A DNA stretch of 64,000 bases from Eledone cirrhosa (Eukaryota), in the NCBI GenBank assembly GCA_964016885.1, contig OZ024740.1, positions 24,986,001 through 25,050,000 of the forward strand, given 5' to 3'. Below the pieces are notes generated by a model. The model was not told the origin of the DNA and did not search any database. It saw only the letters and a list, made by a program, of their open reading frames with translations. Position numbers and translations under genes: made by a program. Shown here piece by piece: positions 53,901 to 64,000 of the stretch (the first letter of the stretch is position 1; every line of letters starts with the position of its first letter).

Positions 53901-56900
53901 TTGTGTGTGTGTAGGCTGTATGTTGTGTGTGTGTAGGGTGTATGTTGTGTGTGTAGGTGTATGTTGTGTGTGTAGGGTGTATGTTGTGTGTGTGTTGGGT
54001 GTATGTTGTGTATGTAGGGTATATGTTGTGTGTGTAGGGTGTATGTTGTGTGTGTGTAGAGTGTATGTTGTGTGTGTGTAGGGTGTATGTTGTGTGTGTG
54101 TAGGCTGTATGTTATGTGTGTAGGGTATATGTTGTGTGTGTGTAGGTTGTATGTTGTGTGTGTAAGGTGTATGTTGTGTGTGTTTACAGTGTATGTTGTG
54201 TGTGTGTAGGGTATATGTTGTGTGTGTGTAGGGTGTATGTTATGTGTGTAGGGTGTATGTTGTGCGTGTAGGGTGTATTTTGTGTGTGTTTACAGTGTAT
54301 GTTGTGTGTGTAGGGTATATGTTGTGTGTGTGTAGGGTATATGTTGTGTGTAGGGTGTATGTTGTGTGTGTAGGGTGTATGTTGTGTGTGTGTAGGGTCT
54401 ATGTTGTGTGTGTGTAGGGCGTATGTAGGGCGTATGTTGTGTGTGTAGGGTGTACGTTGTGTGTGTAGGGTGTATGTTGTGTGTGTAGGGTGTATGTTGT
54501 GTGTGTGTAGGGTGTATGTTGTGTGTGTAGGGTGTATGTTGTGTGTGTAGGGGCCATGTTGTGTGTGTGTAGGGTGTATGTTGTGTGTGTAGGGTGTATG
54601 TTATGTGTGTAGGGTGTATATCGTGTGTGTGTAGGGTGTATATCGTGTGTGTGTAGGGTGTATGATGTGTGTGTAGGGTGTATGTTGTGTGTGTAGGGTT
54701 TATGTTCTGTGTGTAGGGTGTATGTTGTGTGTGTGTAGGGTGTATGTTGTGTGTGGTGTGTAGGGTGTATGTTGTGTGTGTAGGATATATGTTGTGTGTG
54801 TAGGGTGTATGTTGTGTGTGTGTAGGGTGTATATTGTGTGTGTAGGGTGTATGTTGTGTGTTTGTAGTGTGTATGTTGTGTGTGTAGGGTATATGTTGTG
54901 TGTGTGTAGGGTGTATGTTGTTTGTGTAGGGTGTATGTTGTGTGTGTAGGGTGTATATTGTGTGTGTGTAGGGTGTATGCTGTGTTTGTGTAGGGTGTAT
55001 GTTGTGTGTGTAGGGTGTATGTTGTGTGTGTGTACTGTGTATGTTGTGTGTGTGTAGAGGGTATGTCGTGTGTGTGTAAGGTGTATGTTGTGTGTGTAGG
55101 GTGTATGTTGTGTGTGTGTAGGGTGTATGTTGTGTGTGTGTAGAATGTATGATGTGTGTATGTAGGGTGTATGTTGTGTGTGTGTAGGGTAAATGTTGTG
55201 TGTGTGTAGGGTGTATGATGTGTTTGTGTAGGGTTTATGTTGCGCGTGCCGGGTGTCTGTTGTGTGTGTACTGTGTATGTTGTGTGTGTAGGGTGTATGT
55301 CGTGTGTGTGTAGGGTGTATGCTGTGTGTGTAGGGTGTATGTTGTGTGTGTAGGATATATGTTGTGTGTGTTGGGTGTATGTTGTATGTGTGTAGGGTGT
55401 ATGTTGTGTGTATGTAGGCTGTATGTTGTGTGTGTAAGGTTTATGTTGTGTGTGTAAGGTGTATGTTGTGTGTGTGTAGGGTGTATGTTGTGTGTGTAGG
55501 ATATATGTTGTGTGTGTAGGGTGTATGTTGTGTGTGTGTAGGGTGTATGTTGTGTTTGTAGGGTGTATGTTGTGTGTGTGTACTGTGTATGTCGTGTGTG
55601 TAGAGTGTATATTGAGTGTGTGTAGGATGTATGTCGTGTGTGTGTAGGGTGTATGTTGTGTTTGTGTAGGGTGTATGATGTGTGTATGTAGGGTGGATGT
55701 TGTGTGTGTAGGGTATATGTTTTGTGTGTGTAGGGTATGTTGTGTGTGTAGGGTATATGTTGTGTGTGTGTAGGGTGTATGTTGTGTGTGTAGGGTGTAT
55801 GTTGTGTTTGTGTAGGGTGTATGTTGTGTGTGGTGTGGGGTGCATGCTGTGTGTGTGTAGGGCGTATGTTGTGTGTGTAGGGTATATGTTGTGTTTGTGT
55901 AGGATGTATGTTGTGTGTGTGTAGGGCGTATGTTGTGTGTGTAGGGTGTATGTTGTGTGTGTGTAGCATGTATGTTGTGGGTGTGTAGGGTGTATGTTGT
56001 GTGTGTGTAGGGTGTATGTTGTGTGTGTTTAGGGTGTATGTTGTGTGTATGTTGTGTTTGCATGGTGTATGTTGTGTGTGTGTAGGGTGTATGTTGTGTG
56101 TGTAGGGTGTATGTTGTGTGTGAGTAGGGTGTATGTTGTGTGTGTAGGGTGTATGTTGTGTGTGTAGGGTGTATGTTGTGTGTGCTTGGGGTGCATGTTG
56201 TGTGTGTGTAGGGTGTATGTCGTGTGTGTAGGGCGTATGCTGTGTGTGTAGGGTGTATGTTGTGTGTGTGGGGGTGGGGGGTATGTTGTGTGTGTGTGGG
56301 GTGCATGTTGTGTGTGTGTAGGGCGTATGTTGTGTGTGTAGGGTGTATGTTGTTCGTGTGTAGGGTGTATGTTGTGTGTGTGTAGTGTGTATGTTGTGTG
56401 TGTGTAGGGTGTATGTTGTGTGTGTGTAGGGTATATGTTTTGTGTGTGCAGGGTCTATGTTGTGTGTGTGTAGCGTATATGTTGTGTGTGTGTAGGGTGT
56501 ATGTTGTGTTTGTGTAGGGTGTATGTTGTGTGTGTATGGTGTATGTTGTGGGTGTGTAGGGTATATGTTGTGTGTGTGTAGGGTGTATGTTGTGTGTGTG
56601 TAGAGTGTATGTTGTGTTTGTGTAGGGTATATGTTGTGTTTGTGTAGGGTGTATGTTGTGTGTGTATGGTGTAACTTGTGTGTGTGTAGGGTGTCTGTTG
56701 TGTGTGTGTAGGGTGTATGTTGTGTGTGTAGGGTATATGCTGTGTGTGTAGTGTATGTTGTGTGTGTGTAGGGTGTATGTTGTGTGTGTGTAGGGTGTAT
56801 GTTGTGTGTGTGTAGGGTGTATGTTGTGTGTGTAGGGTGCATGGTGTGTGTGTAGGGTGTATGTTGTGCGTGTGTAGGGTGTTAGTTTTGTGTGTGTAGG

Positions 56901-59900
56901 GTGTATGTTGTGTGTGTAGGGTGTGTGTCGTGTGTGTGTAGGGTGTATGTTGTGTGTGTGTAGGGTGTATGTTGTGTGTGTAGGGTGTATGTTGTGTGTG
57001 TGTTGGGTGTATGTTGTGTGTGTAGGGTGTTTATTGTGTGTGTAGGGTGTATGATGTGTGTGTGTATGGTGTATGTTGTATGTGTGTAGGGTGTATGTTG
57101 TGTGTGTAGGGTATATGTTGTGTGTGTAGGGTGTATGTTGTGTGTGTGTAGGGTGTATGTTGTGTGTGTGTAGGGCGTATGTTGTGTGTGTAGGGTGTAT
57201 GTTGTTCGTGTGTATGGTGTATGTTGTGTGTGTGTAGTGTGTATGTTGTGTGTGTGTAGGGTGTATGTTGTGTGTGTTTAGGGTGTATGTTGTGTGTGTG
57301 TAGCGTATATGTTGTGTGTGTGTAGGGTGTATGTTGTGTGTGTAGGGTGTCTGTTGTGTGTGTAGGGTGTATGCTGTGTGTGTAGGGTATATAATGTGTG
57401 TGTGTAGAGTGTATGTTTTGTGTGTGCAGGGTCTATGTTGTGTGTGTGTAGGGTATATGTTGTGTGTGTTTAGGGTGTATGTTGTGTTTGTGTAGGGTGT
57501 ATGTTGTGTGTGTATGGTGTATGTTGTGTGTGTGTAGGGTGTATGTTGTGTTTGTGTAGGGTATATGTTGTGTGGTGTAGGGTGTATGTTGTGTGTGTGT
57601 AGGGTGTATGTTGTGTGTGTGTAGGGTGTATGTTGTGTGTGTAGGGTGTATGTTGTGTGTGTGTAGGGTGTATGTTGTGTGTGTGTAGTGTGTATGTTGT
57701 GTGTGTGTAGGATATATGTTGTGTGTGTGTAGGGTGTATGTTGTGTGTGTGTGGGGTGTATGTTGTGTGTGTAGGGTGTATATTGTGTGTGTAAGGTGTA
57801 TGTTGTGTGTGTAGGGTGTACGTTGTGTGTGTGTAGGGTGTATGTTGTGTGTGTGTAGGGTGTATTTTGTGTGTGTAGGGTATATGCTGTGTGTGTAGGG
57901 TGTATGTTGTGTGTGTGTAGGGTGTATGTTGTGTGTGTGTAGGGTGTATGTTGTGTGTGTAGGGTGTATGTTGTGTGTGTAGGGTGCATGTTGTGTGTGT
58001 AGGATGTATGTTGTGTGTGTGTAGGGTATATGCTGTGTGTGTGTAGGGTGTATGTTGTGTGTGTGTAGGGTGTATGTTCTGTGTGTGTAGGGTGTATGTT
58101 GTGTGTGTAGGGTGTATGTTGTGTGTGTGTAGGGTGTATGTTGTGTGTGTGTAGTGTGTATGTTGTGTGTGTGTAGGATATATGTTGTGTGTGTGTAGGG
58201 TGTATGTTGTGTGTGTGTGGGGTGTATGTTGTGTGTGTAGGGTGTATATTGTGTGTGTAAGGTGTATGTTGTGTGTGTAGGGTGTATGTTGTGTGTGTGT
58301 AGGGTGTATGTTGTGTGTGTGTAGGGTGTATGTTGTGTGTGTAGGGTATATGCTGTGTGTGTAGGGTGTATGTTGTGTGTGTGTAGGGTGTATGTTGTGT
58401 GTGTGTAGGGTGTATGTTGTGTGTGTAGTGTGTATGTTGTGTGTGTAGGGTGCATGTTGTGTGTAGGGTATATGCTGTGTGTGTGTAGGGTGTATGTTGT
58501 GTATGTGTAGGGTGTATGTTGTGTGTGTGTAGGGTGTATGTTGTGTGCGTAGGGTGTATGTTGTGTGTGTAGGGGATATGGTGTGTGTGTAGGGTGTATG
58601 TTGTGCGTGTGTAGGGTGTTAGTTGTGTGTGTGCAGGGTGTATGTTGTGTGTGTAGGGTGTGTGTCGTGTGTGTGTAGGGTGTATGTTGTGTGTGTGTAG
58701 TGTGTATGTTGTGTGTGTAGGGTGTATGTTGTGTGTGTGTTGGGTGTATGTTGTGTGGGTGTAGGGTGTTTATTGTGTGTGTAGGGTGTATGATGTGTGT
58801 GTGTATGGTGTATGTTGTGTGTGTGTAGGGTGTATGTTGTGTGTGTTGGGTGTATGTTGTGTGTGTAGGGTGTATGTTGTGTGTGTAAGGTGTATGTTGT
58901 GTGTGTAGGGTGTATGTTGAGTGTGTGTAGGGTGTATATTGTGTGTGTAGGGTGTAAGTTGTGTGTGTAGGGTGTATGTTGTGTGTGTGTTGGGTGTATG
59001 TTGTGTGTGTAGGGTATATGTTGTGTGTGTAGGGTGTATGTTGTGTGTGTGTAGGGTGTATGTTGTGTGTGTGTAGGGTGTATGTTGTGTGTGTGTAGGG
59101 TGTATGTTGTGTGTGTGTCGGGTGTATGTTGTGTGTGTTTAGGGTGTATGTTGTGTGTGTGTAGCGTATATGTTGAGTGTGTGTAGGGTGTATGCTGTGT
59201 ATGTAGGGTATATGATGTGTGTGTGTAGGGTGTATGTTTTGTGTGTGCAGGGTCTATGTTGTGTGTGTGTAGGGTATATGTTGTGTGTGTGTAGGGTGTA
59301 TGTTGTGTTTGTGTAGGGTGTATGTTGTGTGTGTATGGTGTATGTTGTGTGTGTGTAGGGTGTATGTTGTGTGGGTGTAGGGTGTATGTTGTGTTTGTGT
59401 AGGGTATATGTTGTGTTTGTGTAGGGTGTATGTTGTGTGTGTATGGTGTATCTTGTGTGTGTGTAGGGTATATGTTGTGTTTGTGTAGGGTGTATGTTGT
59501 GTGTGTGTAGGGTGTATGTTGTGTGTGTGTAGGGTATATGTTGTGTGTGTGTAGGGTGTATGCTGTGTTTGTGTAGGGCGTATGTTGTGTTTGTGTAGGG
59601 TATATGTTGTGTGGTGTAGGGTGTATGTTGTGTGTGTGTAGGGTGTATGTTGTGTGTGTGTAGGGTGTATGTTGTGTGTGTAGGGTGTATGTTGTGTGTG
59701 TGTAGGGTGTATGTTGTGTGTGTGTAGTGTAGTGTGTATGTTGTGTGTGTGTAGGATATATGTTGTGTGTGTGTAGGGTGTATGTTGTGTGTGTGTGGGG
59801 TGTATGTTGTGTGTGTAGGTTGTATATTGTGTGTGTAAGGTGTATGTTGTGTGTGTAGGGTGTATGTTGTCTGTGTGTAGGGTGTATGTTGTGTGTGTGT

Positions 59901-62900
59901 AGGGTGTATGTTGTGTGTGTAGGGTATATGCTGTGTGTGTAGGGTGTATGCTGTGTGTGTGTAGGGTGTATGTTGTGTGTGTGTAGGGTGTATGTTGTGT
60001 GTGTAGGGTGTATGTTGTGTGTGTAGGGTGCATGTTGTGTGTGTAGGATGTATGTTGTGTGTGTGTAGGGTATATGCTGTGTGTGTGTAGGGTGTATGTT
60101 GTGTGTGTGTAGGGTGTATGTTCTGTGTGTGTAGGGTGTATGTTGTGTGTGTAGGGTGTATGTTGTGTGTATGTAGGGTGTATGTTGTGTGTGTAGGGTA
60201 TATGCTGTGTGTGTAGGGTGTATGTTGTGTGTGTGTAGGGTGTATGTTGTGTGTGTGTAGGGTGTATGTTGTGTGTGTAGGGTGTATGTTGTGTGTGTGT
60301 TGGGTGTATGTTGTGTGTGTGTAGGGTGTTTATTGTGTGTGTAGGGTGTATGATGTGTGTGTGTATGGTGTATGTTGTGTGTGTGTAGGTTGTATGTTGT
60401 GTGTGTAGGGTGTATGTTGTGTGTGTAGGGTGTATGTTGTGTGTGTAGGGTGTATTTTGTGTGTGTAGGGAGTATGTTGAGTGTGTGTAGGGTGTATGTT
60501 GTGTGTGTAGGGGGTAAGTTGTGTGTGTAGGGTGTATGTTGTGTGTGTGTTGGGTGTATGTTGTGTGTGTAGGGTATATGTTGTGTGTGTAGGGTGTATG
60601 TTGTGTGTGTGTAGGGTGTATGTTGTGTGTGTGTAGGGCGTATGTTGTGTGTGTAGGGTGTATGTTGTTCGTGTGTAGGGTGTATGTTGTGTGTGTGTAG
60701 TGTGTATGTTGTGTGTGTGTAGGGTGTATGTTGTGTGTGTGTAGAGTGTATGTTGTGTGTGTGTAGGGTGTATGTTGTGTGTGTTTAGGGTGTATGTTGT
60801 GTGTGTAGCGTATATGTTGTGTGTGTGTAGGGTGTATGTTGTGTGTGTAGGGTGTCTGTTGTGTGTGTAAGGTGTATGCTGTGTGTGTAGGGTATATGAT
60901 GTGTGTGTGTAGGGTGTATGTTTTGTGTGTGCAGGGTCTATGTTGTGTGTGTGTAGGGTATATGTTGAGTGTGTGTAGTGTGTATGTTGTGTTTGTGTAG
61001 GGTGTATGATGTGTGTGTATGGTGTATGTTGTATGTGTGTGAAGGCATATGTTGTGTGTGTGTAGGGTGTATGTTGTGTGTGTGTAGGGTGTATGTTGTG
61101 TTTGTGTAGGGTATATGTTGTGTTTGTGTAGGATGTATGTTGTGTGTGTATGGTGTATCTTGTGTGTGTGTAGGGTATATGTTGTGTTTGTGTAGGGTGT
61201 ATGTTGTGTGTGTAGGGTGTATGTTGTGTGTGTGTAGGGTATATGTTGTGTGTGTGTAGGGTGTATGTTGTGTTTGTGTAGAGTGTATGTTGTGTTTGTG
61301 TAGGGTGTATGTTGTGTGTGTGTAGGGTGTATGTTGTGTGTGTAGGGTGTATGTTGTGTGTGTGTAGGGTGTATGTTGTGTGTGTGTAGTGTGTATGTTG
61401 TGTGTGTAGGATATATGTTGTGTGTGTGTAGGGTGTATGTTGTGTGTGTGTGTGTGGGGTGTATGTTGTGTGTGTAGGGTGTATATTGTGTGTGTAAGGT
61501 GTATGTTGTGTGTGTAGGGTGTATGTTGTGTGTGTGTAGGGTGTATGTTGTGTGTGTGTAGGGTGTATGTTGTGTGTGTAGGGTATATGCTGTGTGTGTA
61601 GGGTATATGTTGTGTGTGTGTAGGGTGTATGTTGTGTGTGTGTAGCGTGTATGTTGTGTGTGTAGGGTGTATGTTGTGTGTGTTGGGTGCATGTTGTGTG
61701 TGTAGGATGTATGTTGTGTGTGTGTAGGGTATATGCTGTGTGTGTGTAGGGTGTATGTTGTGTATGTTTAGGGTGTATGTTGTGTGTGTGTAGGGTGTAT
61801 GTTGTGTGTGTAGGGTGTATGTTGTGTGTGTAGGGGATATGGTGTGTGTAGGGTGTATGTTGTGCGTGTGTAGGATGTTTGTTGTGTGTGTGTAGGGTGT
61901 ATGTTGTGTGTGTAGGGTGTGTGTCTGTGTGTGTGTAGGGAGTATGTTATGTGTGTGTAGGGTGTATGTTGTGTGTGTAGGGTGTATGTTGTGTGTGTGT
62001 TGAGTGTATGTTGTGTGTGTGTAGCGTGTTTATTGTGTGTGTAGGGTATATGCTGTGTGTGTAGGGTGTATGTTGTGTGTGTGTAGGGTGTATGTTGTGT
62101 GTGTGTAGGGTGTATGTTGTGTGTGTATGGTGTATGTTGTGTGTGTGTAGGGTGTATGTTGTGTGTGTAGGGTGTATGTTGTGTGTGTGTAGGGTGTATG
62201 TTGTGTGTGTAGGGTGTATGTTGAGTGTGTGTAGGGTGTATGTTGTGTGTGTAGGGTGTAAGTTGTGTGTGTAGGGTGTATGTTGTGTGTGTGTTGGGTG
62301 TATGTTGTGTGTGTAGGGTATATGTTGTGTGTGTAGGGTGTATGTTGTTTGTGTGTAGGGTGTATGTTGTGTGTGTGTTGGGCGTATGTCGTGTGTGTAG
62401 TGTGTATGTTGTGTGTGTGTTGGGTGTATGTTGTGTGTGTAGGGTGTATGTTATGTGTGTAGGGTGTATGTTGTGTGTGTAAGGTGTATGTTGTGTGTGT
62501 GTAGGGTGTATGTTGTGTGTGTAGGGTGTATGTTGTGTGTGTAGGGTGTATGTTGTGTGTGTGTTGGGTGTATGTTGTGTATGTAGAGTATATGGTGTGT
62601 GTAGGGTTTATGTTGTGTGTGTGTAGGGTGAATGTTGTGTGTGTGTAGGCTGTATGTTGTGTGTGGAGGGTATATGTTGTGTGTGTGTAGGTTGTATGTT
62701 GTGTGTAGCGTGTATGTTGTGTGTGTAGGGTGTATTTTATGTGTGTTTACAGTGTATGTTGCGTGTGTGTAGGGTATATGTTGTGTGTGTGTAGGGTGTA
62801 TGTTATGTGTGTAGGGTGTATGTTGTGTGTGTAGGGTGTATGTTGTGTGTGTTTACAGTGTATGTTGTGTGTGTGTAGGGTATATGTTGTGTGTGTGTAG

Positions 62901-64000
62901 GGCGTATGTTGTGTGTGTAGGGTATATGTTGTGTGTGTGTAGGGTATATGTTGTGTGTAGGGTGTATGTTGTGTGTGTGTAGGGTGTATGTTGTGTGTGT
63001 AGGGTGAATGTTGTGTGTGTGTAGGGTGTATGTTGTGTGTGTAGGGTGTATGTTGTGTGTGTGTAGGGTGATTGTTGTGTGTGTGTAGGGCGTATGTTGT
63101 GTGTGTAGGGTTTATGTTGTGTGCGTGTAGGGTGTATGTTGTGTGTGTAGGGTGTATGTTGTGTGTGTGTAGGGTGTATGTTGTGTGTGTGTGTGTAGGG
63201 CGTATGTTTTGTGTGTAGGGCGTATGTTGTGTGTGTAGGGTGTATGTTGTGTGTGTGTAGGGTGTATGTGGTGTGTGTAGGGTGTATGTTGTGTGTGTAG
63301 GGTGTATGTTGTGTGTGTAGGGTGTATGTTGTGTGTGTGTAGGGTGCATGTTGTGTGTGTAGGGTGTATGTTGTGTGTGTAGGGTGTATGTTGTGTGTGT
63401 GTAGGGTGTATGTTGTGTGTGTAGGGTGTATGTTGTGTGTGTGTAGGGTGTATGTTGTGTGTGTGTAGGGCGTATGTTGTGTGTGTAGGGCGTATGTTGT
63501 GTGTGTAGGGTGTATGTTGTGTGTGTAGGTGTATGTTGTGTGTGTAGGGTGTATGTTGTGTGTGTGTAGGGTGTATGTTGTGTGTGTAGGGTGTACGTCG
63601 TGTGTTTAGGGTGTATGTTGTGTGTGTATGGGCTATGTTGTGTGTGTAGGGTGTATGTCGTGTGTGTAGGGTGTATGTTGTGTGTGTAGGGTGTATGTTG
63701 TGTGTGTGTAGGGTGTATGTTGTGTGTGTATGGGCTATGTTGTGTGTGTAGGGTGTATGTTGTGTGTGTGTAGTGTGTATGTTGTGTGTGTAGGGTATAT
63801 GTTGTGTGTGTGTAGGGTGTATGTTGTTTGTGTAGAGTGTATGTTGTGTGTGTAGGGTGTATATTGTGTGTGTGTAGGGTGTATGCTGTGTTTGTGTAGG
63901 GTAACTGTTGTGTGTGTGTCGGGTGTATGTTGTGTGTGTACTGTGTATGTTGTGTGTGTGTAGAGGGTATGTCGTGTGTGTGTAGGGTGTATGTTGTATG
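50970..64000. repeat. GT-rich minisatellite, unit GTAGGGTGTATGTT(GT)3-4 (20/22 bp), running off the right edge
   Basis: Directly visible periodicity over 13 kb, with a strongly C-poor plus strand. Confidence 0.98.

Noticed and set aside
50950-63349. His/Thr-rich ORFs of up to 1196 aa on the minus strand
   Set aside because: The CA-rich strand of the minisatellite almost lacks G and so rarely forms stops. All frames give the same low-complexity peptide.

Overview
This is repeat-saturated, AT-rich animal DNA, most likely from an octopod cephalopod (inferred from the SINE types and the density of (TA)n/(CA)n tracts). I found no confidently identifiable host protein-coding gene. The window opens with a 12.7-kb, 45-bp satellite showing higher-order structure and ends with a 13-kb GT-rich 20/22-bp minisatellite. 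Between them lie a near full-length L1/Tx1-type LINE and three truncated R4/Dong-type (RLE) LINEs, all in or next to (TAA)n tracts. There is also an essentially intact 1082-aa R4/Dong-type ORF, two Penelope-like element (PLE) fragments, tRNA-derived SINEs, a non-autonomous Helitron and a likely E2F/E-box/CCAAT promoter. The main discovery is a set of about 8-9 sequence-unrelated families of small non-coding elements, mostly embedded in (TA)n, that carry type I hammerhead ribozyme (HHR) motifs, several complete and with stem covariation between copies. Many are fold-back palindromes with HHR sequence on both strands, often inverted exactly at ribozyme stem II. One family is the terminal repeat of a PLE ORF in the window. 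Another forms a ~438-nt unit that begins at its own predicted cleavage site, like a retrozyme. All structures were read by eye and none has been tested computationally or biochemically.
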